The notes under the pieces are model-generated. The model was given only the letters and a program-made list of their open reading frames with translations. It had not been told where the DNA came from and did no database searches. A stretch of DNA of 64,000 bases from an uncultured delta proteobacterium (lineage in GTDB: Bacteria > Myxococcota_A > Polyangia > Polyangiales > Polyangiaceae). Where the stretch lies: the NCBI GenBank assembly GCA_963716725.1, contig CAVQUB010000009.1, forward strand, positions 343,682 to 407,681, read 5' to 3'. Below, piece after piece: positions 1-10,358 of this stretch (positions are counted from its first letter, which is position 1; the number at the start of each line of letters is the position of its first letter). The position numbers and the translations under genes were made by a program.

Positions 1-1
1 C

Positions 2-598
2 ACCCGCTCGAAGTCCGAGGTTCGACCGCAGTGGGAGCGCCTGGAGGTGCTCGACACCGTCGAAAAGAAGGAGCATCGCTGGTTCCGAATCGGAGAGGGG
101 CGCTGGGTCAGCGATCGTGACGTGCGCGCCCCGACCAGCGCCCCGATTCCGGGCGACGCCGCGGCCGGTGAACGCTGGATCGACGTGGACATCGCCAATC
201 AAGTGCTGACCGCCTACGAAGGCGAGCGGCCGGTGTTCGCGACTCTTGTCTCCACCGGCAAGGGCAAGGGCAAGAGCATCCTGGCCACTCCCGTGGGTTC
301 TCATCGGATCTGGGTGAAGCTGCTCTCGAGCGACATGGACAACCTCGAGAACGAGGAGGCCAGCCGCTACTACGCCATCCAAGACGTGCCCTGGGTCATG
401 TATTTCGAGAAGGGCTACGGCCTGCACGGGACGTTCTGGCACCGCTCTTTCGGCCGCATCCGCAGCCACGGCTGCGTCAACCTGAGCCCGCTGGACGCGC
501 AACGCCTGTTCAACTGGACGGGACCGACCCTTCCGGCCGGCTGGACCGCCGCGCTGCCTTCGCCCTACGACCGAGGCACCTTGATTCGAGTGCGTTGA
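2..598 (+). CDS. L,D-transpeptidase (YkuD family), 5'-truncated by window edge
   Basis: HGTFWHRSFG..SHGCVNLS catalytic His/Cys motif; frame is open back to the window start. Confidence 0.9.
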   Translation, partial: TRSKSEVRPQWERLEVLDTVEKKEHRWFRIGEGRWVSDRDVRAPTSAPIPGDAAAGERWIDVDIANQVLTAYEGERPVFATLVSTGKGKGKSILATPVGSHRIWVKLLSSDMDNLENEEASRYYAIQDVPWVMYFEKGYGLHGTFWHRSFGRIRSHGCVNLSPLDAQRLFNWTGPTLPAGWTAALPSPYDRGTLIRVR

Positions 599-626
599 AC
601 ACACGGTTTCGCATTAGTATCTCCCC

Positions 627-1082
627 ATGAGCTTCGAGATCGGGCGGGACACCGTGCTCGCGCTGGTGGCCGTGGCATGGGCAGACGGCAAGGTCGATCC
701 CGCCGAGGCGGCAGGGATCCGCGGGGCTGCGCAGCAACTGGGTCTCTCGGCGGACGACCTCAAAGTGGTGGAAGCGGCCCTGGGCCGCGAGTTCTCCATG
801 AACGAGGTGGAGACCGTGCACATGAACCGCCACACCCGCCTGTTCACGTACGCGGCAGCCACCTGGATCGCGAGGATCGATGGTGGCATCGCCGGCGCGG
901 AAGAAGCCGTGCTCATGCTCTTGGCCGACCGCCTCGGGCTATCGCAGGTCGCGCGCGAAAATGCCAAGACCGTGGCGCACGGGCTGCGCGTCGGTCCCCC
1001 GTCGAATCGACCGGGCGGCTTCGATCTGGTCGCGCTCAAGTCCCGGCTCTCGGCCGGGCTCAGCCAAATCGGCGACGCCTAG
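627..1082 (+). CDS. TerB/DUF533-like protein
   Basis: AVAWADGKVDPAE and IARIDGGIAGAEE, a duplicated TerB-type A.ADG....E motif. Confidence 0.65.
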   Translation: MSFEIGRDTVLALVAVAWADGKVDPAEAAGIRGAAQQLGLSADDLKVVEAALGREFSMNEVETVHMNRHTRLFTYAAATWIARIDGGIAGAEEAVLMLLADRLGLSQVARENAKTVAHGLRVGPPSNRPGGFDLVALKSRLSAGLSQIGDA

Positions 1083-1084
1083 CG

Positions 1085-2782
1085 ATGGTCTCCATCGTCC
1101 ACGCGGCTCGTGATATCGCGCGGGTTCGCCAAATCTCCCTGGTGCTCGTGCGCCACGGCTTCGGAGAAATCGCCCGTCGCGTCGGCTTCGGTCGCGAGAA
1201 GAAGGCGAAAGAACACGGCCCGACGGCAGACGACGAGATCCCCGCCGAGGACGAGGCGCGTGGCGCCCAAGCGCGGCAGCAGACCTCCACGGCCGTGCGC
1301 GCCCGACGCGTGCTCGAAGATCTCGGACCGTCCTTCGTTAAGCTCGGTCAGATCGCATCGACGCGCGCCGACGTCTTGCCGCCGGATTTGCTCACCGAGC
1401 TCAAGAAGCTCCAGGACTCGGTGCCCGAGGTACCCTTCGAGCAGATCAAGGCGCAGGTGGAGCGCTCACTCGGAGCGGAGCTCACTGAGGTCTTCGAGAG
1501 CTTCGAGTCGAAACCCTTGGCCGCCGCCAGCATCGCGCAAGTACACCGCGCCGTGCTCAAGGGCGACGACGGCCCTCTGGACGTGGTGGTCAAGGTACAG
1601 CGGCCCGGCATCGCCGAGACCATCGCCAGCGACCTGGACCTCTTGCACACCTTCGCGGCGCTGATCGAGCGGACTATCCCGGAGAGCAAGATCTACAACC
1701 CCGTGGGCTTGGTCCAGCAGTTCGACAAGGCCATCATCGCCGAGCTCGACTTCGCCACCGAAGCCGACAACGCCGTGCGTTTCAGCCAGAACTTCGAGTC
1801 GTTCCGCAACGTGCGCTTCCCCAAGGTCTACAAGCAGGCCTCCAGCAAGCACGTGCTCACCCTGGAGTTCATTGACGGCAAGAAGGTCTACGACGCGCTC
1901 AGCGCGGGCTACGACGGCAAGAAGCTGGCGCGGATCTCCCTCGACGTGATCGTGAAGCAGATCTTCGAGGACGGCTTCTTCCACGCCGACCCCCACCCCG
2001 GCAACGTGCTCGTGCTCGGCGCCGAAGACGACCCGATCTTGGTGATGATCGACCTGGGCATGGTGGGACGCCTGTCGCCTCGCATGCGGGACCTGACCGT
2101 GGACGTGATGGTGGGAGCGGTGCGCCGCGACTACGAAGCCATCGCCGATGCGATGTACGCCATCGGCACGCCCACCAAGAAGATCGACATGGAGGCCTAC
2201 CGCGCAGAGGTGGGCATGCTCAGCGAGAAGTACCTGGGCAAACAGCTGAAGGACATCGAGCTGTCGGCGATGATCCGCGATCTGGTGCAGGGCGCGACCA
2301 AGTACGGCCTGGAGATCCCTTCGGACTTCATGTTGGTCGGCAAGGCCTTGATGACGGTCGAAGGCGTCGGGAAAGAGATCGACCCCGAGCTCGACGTCTT
2401 CGAAGAAGCGAAGCCGCTCTTCGTCGAGATCCTGCGCAAGCGCTACTCCCCGGAGCGGCTCGGCAACGAACTCTTGCGACGGCTCGAGAAGCTGAGCGGC
2501 GCGACCTACAACATGCCCCAGCAGCTCCAAGAGGTGCTGGACGACCTGCGGCTGGGGCGGCTGAAGATCCACACCACCGACGCGGGCCGCGCCAAGGCCG
2601 CCGACCGCCTGGGCCGCCGGCTGTTCTCGGCAATCATCGCGGCGGCGCTGCTGCTCGCCGGCTCCTGGCTCGTGGCCTCAGCTCGCGAGATCGCCGGCTA
2701 CCTGCTGATCAGCGCGGCCTTGGGCCTGCTCGGCGGGCACGTTGCCCTGGATGCCGGTCGGGCGTTTCGCCTGAAGAAATGA
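1085..2782 (+). CDS. ubiB: AarF/ABC1/UbiB family kinase
   Basis: LGPSFVKLGQ, AAASIAQVHRA, VKVQRP, FFHADPHPGN and IDLGMVG motifs; two C-terminal TM helices; ATG at 1085. Confidence 0.9.
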   Translation: MVSIVHAARDIARVRQISLVLVRHGFGEIARRVGFGREKKAKEHGPTADDEIPAEDEARGAQARQQTSTAVRARRVLEDLGPSFVKLGQIASTRADVLPPDLLTELKKLQDSVPEVPFEQIKAQVERSLGAELTEVFESFESKPLAAASIAQVHRAVLKGDDGPLDVVVKVQRPGIAETIASDLDLLHTFAALIERTIPESKIYNPVGLVQQFDKAIIAELDFATEADNAVRFSQNFESFRNVRFPKVYKQASSKHVLTLEFIDGKKVYDALSAGYDGKKLARISLDVIVKQIFEDGFFHADPHPGNVLVLGAEDDPILVMIDLGMVGRLSPRMRDLTVDVMVGAVRRDYEAIADAMYAIGTPTKKIDMEAYRAEVGMLSEKYLGKQLKDIELSAMIRDLVQGATKYGLEIPSDFMLVGKALMTVEGVGKEIDPELDVFEEAKPLFVEILRKRYSPERLGNELLRRLEKLSGATYNMPQQLQEVLDDLRLGRLKIHTTDAGRAKAADRLGRRLFSAIIAAALLLAGSWLVASAREIAGYLLISAALGLLGGHVALDAGRAFRLKK

Positions 2783-2819
2783 AAAAGCCGCCGACGCGCG
2801 TTCGGGGCCGCGCCGGCGG
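2783..2819 (-). terminator. Intrinsic terminator downstream of the F0 atp operon
   Basis: GC-rich stem ccgccg.cgcg / cgcg.cggcgg followed by CTTTTT on the minus strand. Confidence 0.55.
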
Positions 2820-2913
2820 AGATTTCTATCGCCGAGGTGTCGGCGCGATCGCGCGGCCCGAGGTCGATGCCGGAGCATCGGGACCTCGCGCCGCTACGCT
2901 CGCGGCGAGCCGC

Positions 2914-3243
2914 TCAGATGACCTTGCCCTGGAGCAAGAACGCGATGGCGAAGGCGAACAGCACGAGCGACTCGATCAGCGCGAGACCCAGAATCATCGG
3001 GGTCTGGATGCGCGCTGCAGCGCCCGGGTTACGGCTGATGCCCTCGAGAGCTGCGGCCGCAGCGCGACCCTGGCCCAAGGCGCCACCGAGCACCGCGAGG
3101 CCGATCGCGAGACCGGCCGCGAGCGCGGCCATCGACTGCGCCGAGAACTTGTTGGCGGCCGCGCCGCCGTCCTGGGCGAACGCAGTCGAAGCGAAGAGGG
3201 TGACGAGCGACGCGACGACAAGCGCCAGCTTCTTCTTGGACAT
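2914..3243 (-). CDS. atpE: ATP synthase F0 subunit c with N-terminal leader
   Basis: GGALGQG...[23 protein letters not shown]. Confidence 0.95.
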   Translation of the reverse strand: MSKKKLALVVASLVTLFASTAFAQDGGAAANKFSAQSMAALAAGLAIGLAVLGGALGQGRAAAAALEGISRNPGAAARIQTPMILGLALIESLVLFAFAIAFLLQGKVI

Positions 3244-3307
3244 TGACGAGTCTCCTTTTTGGGGGCGGGGCGGCTCTAAGCCGAATCTTTCGAGAAATCC
3301 ACGGAAA

Positions 3308-4078
3308 TCAGTGGTGCTCTTCGTGCTCCGTCGCGAGCCCGATGTAGATGCTCGTGAGGAGGGTGAAGACCAGGGTCTGGACGATGACGACCACGATGCC
3401 AAGAGCCATCACCGGCAGCGGGACCAAGACGGCCACCAGTGCCAGGAAGATGCCGAGGATCAAGTGGTCAACCGCCATGTTGAGCATGAGGCGGACGGCG
3501 AGCGTGATGGGGCGCACGCAGAGCGAGATGACCTCGATCGGCAGGATCAGCGGAGCCAGCCACCACTTGGGCCCCATCAAATGCTTGATGTAACCCATGC
3601 CGTTGGTCTGGATGCCCACCATGTTGAAGTAGATGAACACCACCAGCGCGCAGCCAAGCGTGATGTTCAAGCTGCTGGTGGCCACCGGCAGTCCTGGGAT
3701 CAGCGCCATGATGTTCGAGAAGAACACGAAGGTCGCCGACGTCCCGATGATGGGGAAGTACTTCTTGGCGCGTTCGGCATCCATGACGCTCTTGGCGAGG
3801 TCGTAGAAATAGCCAAGGAAGGCTTCCATGAAGGTGCGCAGCGTCAGCCCGTCGTCGGGGACCACGGCTTCGTTCGGGTCGGCGAGGCGCGCCTTGACCG
3901 CCAGCGCGACCAAGACCACGAGGAACGCCACCAGCAACGAGGCCACGATGGGCTCGAAGCTCTGCCAGGTCGCCGGGTGTTTGGCGACGATGCTGTCACC
4001 AATGGCGCCAGCGTTGTGCGACAGCGTGTCTTTGGCGTAGGCCAGCAGCAACGTGAGCCAGGAGGCATGCTCGGGCAT
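3308..4078 (-). CDS. atpB: ATP synthase F0 subunit a
   Basis: [13 protein letters not shown] with the essential Arg; [14 protein letters not shown]. Confidence 0.95.
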   Translation of the reverse strand: MPEHASWLTLLLAYAKDTLSHNAGAIGDSIVAKHPATWQSFEPIVASLLVAFLVVLVALAVKARLADPNEAVVPDDGLTLRTFMEAFLGYFYDLAKSVMDAERAKKYFPIIGTSATFVFFSNIMALIPGLPVATSSLNITLGCALVVFIYFNMVGIQTNGMGYIKHLMGPKWWLAPLILPIEVISLCVRPITLAVRLMLNMAVDHLILGIFLALVAVLVPLPVMALGIVVVIVQTLVFTLLTSIYIGLATEHEEHH

Positions 4079-4082
4079 GGGT

Positions 4083-4472
4083 TCAGCCTTCCTCTTCGAC
4101 GGGATGCGGAGCGCCGAGCTGCCCGGCGACGACGCCGATCGGCAGGGCTCCAAGTCCAACGAGCAGCGGGAGCAGGTCGACCCAGCCGTTCGTGAGCAGC
4201 AGATACAGTCCCCCGAACAGCACCCCCATCTTGGCCACGGCGATCAGCGGCCACGGGACGCGGCTGCGCTTTCCGCCGAGCATGCCGCGGACCACGACCG
4301 TGATGACCCACAGGTTCGCCGCGGCCACGGCGGCGCCAAGCGCGATGCTGCGGGCGGTGTGCGCACCACTCACGAAGGCGCCGACCACCGTCGCCGACGC
4401 GCCCACCAACAGGACAGCCCACATGGCCCGGGCCATGCTCGCGTCTCCTTCAGTTTGCGTCGTCGTCGTCAT
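4083..4472 (-). CDS. atpI: ATP synthase subunit I
   Basis: Four hydrophobic helices (AAANLW, AVAKMGVL); directly upstream of atpB. Confidence 0.75.
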   Translation of the reverse strand: MTTTTQTEGDASMARAMWAVLLVGASATVVGAFVSGAHTARSIALGAAVAAANLWVITVVVRGMLGGKRSRVPWPLIAVAKMGVLFGGLYLLLTNGWVDLLPLLVGLGALPIGVVAGQLGAPHPVEEEG

Positions 4473-4722
4473 CGTCGAGCTTCTTCCTGGCTTCTCGGTC
4501 TTCGCGGTCCATGCGGTCGGCTTCACGATTGGCTCGGTTCAGCGCTCGCCACAGAGTTCGGGCGCCTGCCGCGAGTCCGAAACCAAAACCCACTAGAGCG
4601 ATCCAGTGAGTCCCGAGCTTTCAATCGAGCCAACTGCCCACGAAGAGGCCGAGCAGCACGCTGAGGGCCAGCTCGAGACCGACCGTCCCGTAGGATCCGA
4701 AGCCTTTCCAGTTTTGCTTCAC
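4450..4722 (-). CDS. atpZ: AtpZ/AtpI-family (gene 1) protein with an internal in-frame TGA at 4621-4623
   Basis: VGLELALSVLLGLFVGSWLD*KLGTHWIALVGFGFGLAAGARTLWR continues in the same frame to a stop at 4450. Confidence 0.75.
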
Positions 4723-4797
4723 CAGAGCCCCCCGAGGAGGGCCGCTCCGTCTGGGACGGAACGAGGAAAACCCCCGGAACTCCCGGGAGCGGCGGTC

Positions 4798-4826
4798 GAT
4801 TAACACGTCGCCCCGGCGGGGGTCAA
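4798..4826 (-). promoter_or_regulatory. Candidate sigma70 promoter of the atp F0 operon
   Basis: TTGACC-N17-TTAATC on the minus strand, ~75 nt upstream of atpZ. Confidence 0.45.
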
Positions 4827-4874
4827 CGCTCCCTCGACGCACCGCGCCGAAAGCCTGGTGCTATCCTGCTCCCC

Positions 4875-5771
4875 ATGCTTCGGAGCGCTGCGGTCCTGAC
4901 AATCGTCGCGATTTTTGCGCCTCGAACGGCGGGCGCCCAACCGGGGCAACCCGCCGGGCCTCCGCCGGGTCCCGCCCAAGGGCCAGCCGGCGCCCCGCCG
5001 CCGGGCTACTACACGGAGCCGGCCACGCCGTCGGGATCGCCGCCGCCGGGGCAGGGCGGGCCGCCGCCAGGCGCCTACGAGCCCCCGCCGCCGGGTTACT
5101 ACCAGGCCCCGCCGGTCTGGGAGCCGCCTCCACCGCCCAAACCCAAGCACCGCGCACCGAAGACCGCCTTCTGGCTTGGCGCGCGCGTCGGCTACTTCGT
5201 TCCCTTCGGCAATCTGTGGCAGCAATACTCGCCGCCCAACTACGATCCAGTGAAGTGGAGTGGGTACGGATCGAACGGGCCGATGTTCGAGCTCGACATC
5301 GGCGCGCGCTTCAGCCGCCACTACAACGTGTTCTTCGCCTGGGAGCGCGCGACGCTCGGCACCGGCAGCGAGGCGCCGGACGCCAATGGCGGACAGAAAC
5401 GAGGCAGCACGGACTACTACGCCGTCGGCCTTCGCTTCTCGTCGGACGCCGATCGCGTCGGATTCCTGACCGAGATCGATCTCGGCTGGAGGCGCTTCCA
5501 GGCAGAGTGGGAAGACGGCACGCGGCTCGAGCTGTCGGAAGCTCCCCTCGAGTTTCGCATCGGTCTCGGCGCTGACATCCGCGTCACGCCCTTCTTCTCT
5601 CTCTCGCCCATGGTCACCCTCGGTGCCGGCTCCTTCGGCAAGGCGGAGTGGGAGTCGCCAAGCGGGAAGAAGACCGACGCCTTCTTGCCTGGCGACGAGG
5701 TCGCCGGGCACGGCTGGCTCACCCTCCAGCTCGGTGGCCATTTCGACATTCCGGGCGGCAGCCCGAATTGA
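4875..5771 (+). CDS. Outer-membrane beta-barrel protein with Pro-rich N-terminus
   Basis: Signal peptide, Pro/Gly/Tyr-rich linker, amphipathic beta strands, C-terminal LQLGGHFD. Confidence 0.7.
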   Translation: MLRSAAVLTIVAIFAPRTAGAQPGQPAGPPPGPAQGPAGAPPPGYYTEPATPSGSPPPGQGGPPPGAYEPPPPGYYQAPPVWEPPPPPKPKHRAPKTAFWLGARVGYFVPFGNLWQQYSPPNYDPVKWSGYGSNGPMFELDIGARFSRHYNVFFAWERATLGTGSEAPDANGGQKRGSTDYYAVGLRFSSDADRVGFLTEIDLGWRRFQAEWEDGTRLELSEAPLEFRIGLGADIRVTPFFSLSPMVTLGAGSFGKAEWESPSGKKTDAFLPGDEVAGHGWLTLQLGGHFDIPGGSPN

Positions 5772-5839
5772 AGCGTTTCTGGAAAGAAACGAACCGCCAA
5801 GACGCCGAGAGCGCCACGTCGCGCCATGAGTTCGAGCGG

Positions 5840-6982
5840 GTGATTCGGCGAACCACGGTTCTGATCGCGGCGCTCTCGATCGTGATCACCCGCCCGAGTC
5901 GGGCCGACTCCGGCCTGAACGACGCTACCTGGGAGCCGGAATCGAGCGGGGTCGCGCCAGCGGATGAAACGCCTCCCGAGCCGCGAGACCCCCGCGCCCT
6001 CGATCCCAGGTCTCGCGCCCTGGCCGTCGCGGTCGCAGTGGGTCCGGGCGCCGTGGTGCACGGGGCGGGACACTGGGCTCTGGGCCGCCCCAAGACAGCG
6101 GCGCGCCTCGCGCTGATCCAAGGCGCAGGCCTGGGCGGCATGGTCGTCGGGCTCGCGGGCCTCGCGGTCACCGGCGCCAGCCGCTACGTCGTCGCGCCGC
6201 TCGCGCTCGCCACCATCGCGGGCGCGGGGCTCTTCGCGCTGCCGTGGCTGGCGGACATCTACGGCAGCGCCGCCTTGCCCGACGGAGCGAGCGCAGCGCC
6301 GACCCGGGCGCCGGTCCTGATCAGCGAGCTCGGGCATCGCTACGTCTGGGATGCGCAGTTCCGCTACCGACACTTTTTGGTGCAGGGCGCTGACCTCCGC
6401 TTCTCTCGGCTCCGACTGGCTCAGAGCGGCTGGTTTGCGCTCGACGACGACAACGCCCGCATGCGCCTGCTCGTCGCGCATCGACTGTCTGGTCCGACCC
6501 CCGACGACGTTTCCGCCGACGGCAGCTTCTTGGATCTCGAAGCGGCGCTGACTCACCACCGCTTCGACTCGGACGGCTTTCGCTCGCTCACGGGCGAGGT
6601 CTCGCTGAACCTGCGGCGCGACCTGGCAGGCATGGATCGGGCCCTCGGTGGCTCTTTCGTCGAGGCCGGCGCGGGCCTCGCGCTTCAACGCTTCGAATAC
6701 CGAGTGCCTGGCGTGAGCATCGACGCCGACACGAACGACCTCTTGCTCGCTCGCTTCGCCTTCGGCTTCTATCTAGGAGAGGCCGGCGAGGCGCAGCTCT
6801 ACTACGACCATCGCCACGACGATTTTGCCGCCGGGCTCGAGTTGACCGGGCTCGGCAGCGGAGTCGCGGGGCACTTTGGCGCCGACGCGCGCTGGTTCTG
6901 GGGGCAGTGGGGTGTGCGCGCGGAAGGACAAGTCGGATCCGCGTGGCTGGGTGGGTTGTCGCTGATGTTTCGCCAGGAGTGA
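5840..6982 (+). CDS. Hypothetical exported protein with TM segments and a beta-barrel-like C-terminus
   Basis: GTG start, signal-like N-terminus, HGAGHW plus hydrophobic helices, alternating-aromatic strands ending LSLMFRQE. Confidence 0.6.
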   Translation: MIRRTTVLIAALSIVITRPSRADSGLNDATWEPESSGVAPADETPPEPRDPRALDPRSRALAVAVAVGPGAVVHGAGHWALGRPKTAARLALIQGAGLGGMVVGLAGLAVTGASRYVVAPLALATIAGAGLFALPWLADIYGSAALPDGASAAPTRAPVLISELGHRYVWDAQFRYRHFLVQGADLRFSRLRLAQSGWFALDDDNARMRLLVAHRLSGPTPDDVSADGSFLDLEAALTHHRFDSDGFRSLTGEVSLNLRRDLAGMDRALGGSFVEAGAGLALQRFEYRVPGVSIDADTNDLLLARFAFGFYLGEAGEAQLYYDHRHDDFAAGLELTGLGSGVAGHFGADARWFWGQWGVRAEGQVGSAWLGGLSLMFRQE

Positions 6983-6986
6983 GCAA

Positions 6987-8090
6987 ATGCCGAACACACG
7001 ATGGATTTTCCACGTCACTTGGGCGCTCTCGCTCGGGCTCTTGTTCGCGGGCGGCTGCGCGCGCGCCAGCCAAGAGCGCGCGGAGCGCGACCTCGAGGTG
7101 GGCAAGGCCGAGGGCCACGGCCTGGCGATCGACGTCGCTTCCGGGCTGGCGGCGGTGCGACGCCTCGCGCCCGGAGAGCTGGTGCTGTGGAGCAGCGCCC
7201 CCGCATGGTCGCTGACCCTGACCTCGAAGGACGACGTTCCGACCACCTGGCTGGTGTCCCTCGAGAACGTGCTGCCCGACGTCGAACTGACGGGCAGCGT
7301 CCCGATCGAGCTCGTCTCGAACACGCTGGCCACTCGCAAGCAGTACCGAGTGCAGCTGCCGGCTGGCGCTCGAACGACGCTCACGATGGCGCCACCGGAC
7401 GCGCAGGACTCGTCGAGCTGGCGATTCGCCGTGATGAGCGACGTTCAGGAGGCCATCGACGACGTCGGTGACATCTACCAGAAGGTCAACCAGACGCCGA
7501 AGGTGCGCTTCTTGTTGGGCGCGGGGGACCTCACGCAGCAGGGCACGGACGCCGAACTCGAGCGCTTCAAGGACGAGCTGACCTCCCTCGACGTGCCCTA
7601 CTACACGACGCTGGGCAACCACGAACTCGGGGACGGCGGGCCCGCCTACCAGGACTGGTACGGCCGCGCGAGCTTCAGCTTCGTGTACCGCAGCGTGCGC
7701 TTCTCGATGCTGGACACCGCCAGCGCCACCATCGATCCGATGGTCTACGACTGGCTCGATGGCTGGCTCGATCAGGGCAAGGATGGAGTGCACGTCGTCG
7801 CCATGCACATCCCCCCCATCGACCCGGTCGGGGTGCGCAACGGCTCCTTCGCCAGCCGCAACGAGGCCGCCAAGCTCTTGACCCGACTCGCCAAGGGCAA
7901 GGTCGACGTGACGCTCTACGGCCACATCCACAGCTACTACTCCTTCGACAACGCGGGCATCCCCGCCTACATCTCCGGCGGGGGCGGCGCCATCCCGGAG
8001 CGCTTCGACAACGTCGGCCGACACTTTCTGGTGGTCGACGTCGACCCTAGCCGGGGCGTGTCGGCCGTCTCGAAGGTCGAAGTGGACTGA
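6987..8090 (+). CDS. Calcineurin-like metallophosphoesterase, lipoprotein
   Basis: Lipobox-like FAGGC; motifs SDVQ, GAGDLT, LGNHE, MHIPP, GHIH. Confidence 0.88.
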   Translation: MPNTRWIFHVTWALSLGLLFAGGCARASQERAERDLEVGKAEGHGLAIDVASGLAAVRRLAPGELVLWSSAPAWSLTLTSKDDVPTTWLVSLENVLPDVELTGSVPIELVSNTLATRKQYRVQLPAGARTTLTMAPPDAQDSSSWRFAVMSDVQEAIDDVGDIYQKVNQTPKVRFLLGAGDLTQQGTDAELERFKDELTSLDVPYYTTLGNHELGDGGPAYQDWYGRASFSFVYRSVRFSMLDTASATIDPMVYDWLDGWLDQGKDGVHVVAMHIPPIDPVGVRNGSFASRNEAAKLLTRLAKGKVDVTLYGHIHSYYSFDNAGIPAYISGGGGAIPERFDNVGRHFLVVDVDPSRGVSAVSKVEVD

Positions 8091-8091
8091 G

Positions 8092-8742
8092 TCAGCCCAG
8101 GATGCGCTCAGCCTCGTCGAGTTGCGCGTTCATGAGCGAGACAAGCAAGGGCCGAAGCGCGCGCACGGCGCGCGCACGGTGACTGATGCAGTTCTTCTCG
8201 GCCTCACCGAGCTCGGCCATGGAGCGTCCGCCGGTCTCGGCCGCGAGAAAGAGCGGGTCGTAGCCGAAGCCGCCGCTGCCCCGTGGATCCCGCGCGATGG
8301 CGCCCTCGACCTTGCCCTCGGCTGTCTTCACCTCGCTGAGCCAAGGGCTCGCGAGGGCGAGCACGCAGCGAAAGCGAGCGAGCCGCTCGTGGTCGCGGTC
8401 CGCCTCTTCGAGCGCACGCAGCAGCGCCGCGTTGTTCTCGGCGTCAGTGGCGCGTTCATGGGCGAAGCGCGCCGACCGCACGCCAGGCCGCCCTCCCAGT
8501 CCGTCCACTTCGAGGCCGCTGTCGTCGGCCAGGGCGATCATCTGCGTCGCCGCGCAGATGGCCTGGGCCTTCTGGATCGCGTTGGCCTCGAAGGTGTCTC
8601 CGTCCTCGGAAAGGATCAGCTTCTCGCCGAGCACGTCGGCAGTGGTGACGAGCTGGACCGGGAGATCCGCGAGCAGCGCCCGGAGCTCTGAGGCTTTGCC
8701 CTCGTTGGAGGTGGCGAGAACTATCGTGACCGCGGGCAGCAT
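8092..8742 (-). CDS. rdgB: RdgB/HAM1 non-canonical purine NTP pyrophosphatase
   Basis: LATSNEGK, TFEANAIQKA, ADDSGLEV, GFGYDPLF, KNCISHRARA. Confidence 0.95.
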   Translation of the reverse strand: MLPAVTIVLATSNEGKASELRALLADLPVQLVTTADVLGEKLILSEDGDTFEANAIQKAQAICAATQMIALADDSGLEVDGLGGRPGVRSARFAHERATDAENNAALLRALEEADRDHERLARFRCVLALASPWLSEVKTAEGKVEGAIARDPRGSGGFGYDPLFLAAETGGRSMAELGEAEKNCISHRARAVRALRPLLVSLMNAQLDEAERILG

Positions 8743-8803
8743 CGGTACCGTCCATGGACTAGAGCAAGTGGCGACGCAATGGAACTCCGAGGTGGTGTGC
8801 GCG

Positions 8804-10358
8804 CTACTCGGGAGCCTGGTCGGAGCGGGCTTCGCCGGGCCGCGGCAGGTGAATCCAGAAGCGCGTCCCGCCCCCGGGCCGCGGCTCGCAGGCGATGGTC
8901 CCGCCATGGTCTTCGACGACTTGTCGGGTGATGGCCAAGCCCAGACCCGTGCCGTGGCCCTTGGTCGTGAAGAAGGGCTCGAAGAGGTGTGCGCGCGTCT
9001 CGTCGTCGATGCCGCTCCCCCTATCGTCCACGGTCACGTCGACGCCGCCCCCGCTGGCGCGACCCACGCGCACATCGACTTGCCCGCCGGTGGGCATCGC
9101 CTCGCGAGCGTTGCGTAGCAAGTTGAAGAGGGCCTGTTTGAGCTGCGCTTCGTCGACGCGCACGAGTGGAAGCGCGTCCTCGACCTCGACCGAGAGCTCC
9201 ACTCCGTGCCGGCGAAGATCGCCGCTCATGAATAGACACGCATCGGCCACCACCTCGCCAATCTGCTCTTCTTCCAGGCTGAGCGGCCGCCGTCGCGCGA
9301 CGGACAGGTACTGCTCGGTGAGCGCGGTCAGTCGCTCGACCTCGGCCTTGACGGCCTTGAGCAAGGTCGCGGCCTCTTCGGTATCCTCGCGCCCCTCGAG
9401 GTCCTCTTCGAGCATCTCGACGTTCAGCGCGATGCTCGAGAGCGGATTGCGGACTTCGTGCGTCACGTGCGCGGCCATCTTGCCGATGGTCGCGAGTCGC
9501 TCCGACATCAGGAGTTGCTCGTTGGCCCGAGCGATGGCCGCCACCATGCCCTCGAAGGTCGTGGCGAGCTCGCCGATTTCGTCTGGCGAGGCGACCACCG
9601 GCTGCGGCCTCGAGATCGCCGTGCGCCACCGCCTTGGCGCGGTCCGTCACCGCCGCCAGCGGCTTGAGCACCCTCCGGGCGTAGAAGGCCATCGCGGCCC
9701 CGACCAACACGGTGAAACCCGAGAGCGCCAACAAGAGCCGGATCGCGAGCCGCTCCCGGGCGCGCGCCGCCCCGAGCAGGAGACCCACGTTGTGATCGAC
9801 TCGCTGCTCGAGCTGGCTCATGCGCTTCTTGCCCTGCGCACCCCGCGTCACGAGCTCGTCGCGCAGGCCGTCGGCGCGGGTGGACTCACCGCGATCGAGC
9901 GCGTCGAAGAGCTTGGCCAAGAGCTCGCGATCTTGTGCCAAGAATTCCTCGATGGAGCTGGTCTCGGCCAGCAGATCGTCGCCGACTCGGCGGGTCGATT
10001 CGTCGCCCGAGCTGGAGAAGGCCCGGGAGATCGCCGCGCGGACCTCGCCGAAGGTCTTGGGTCGCCCCAGCCGCAGCGAGGTCTCGAACCAGATCTTTTT
10101 GTCGGCGGGGTTCAGCGCCGTCGTGATGTGGTTGAGCTGCGTGCTCCAGGTGTCCTGGTTGGCGACCAGGTCCCGCAAGGCCAGCGACAAGGGCAGGTAC
10201 CCCGATCGCATCAGGTCTGCTTCCTTTGCCGCACTGCGCTGCGCGAAGACTCCCCAGCCCGCGGACAGCGCGAAGGCGGCAGTGACCAAGGCGAACGAGA
10301 GCAGCACGCGGGTGGCGACCGTCCGGCGACGGGTGCGCGGCGCTACGTCAGCCATCAC
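8804..10358 (-). CDS. HAMP-domain membrane sensor histidine kinase (frameshift near 9600)
   Basis: Two TM helices plus HAMP (PLAAVT...DEIGELA) split across two frames; H-box HEVRNPL, N-box NLLRNA, FFTTK..GTGLGL. Confidence 0.85.

Noticed and set aside
2914..3243. Na+-translocating ATP synthase
   Set aside because: The c subunit reads ESLVLF, lacking the Thr and Tyr of the Na+ signature (ESTxxY).
4621..4623. TGA reassignment or selenocysteine
   Set aside because: TGA is the normal stop of many genes in the window, and the position is not a Cys site.
2914..4722. F0 operon without atpF and F1 genes as a novelty
   Set aside because: Split atp operons are an established arrangement in Myxococcota and related deltaproteobacterial groups.
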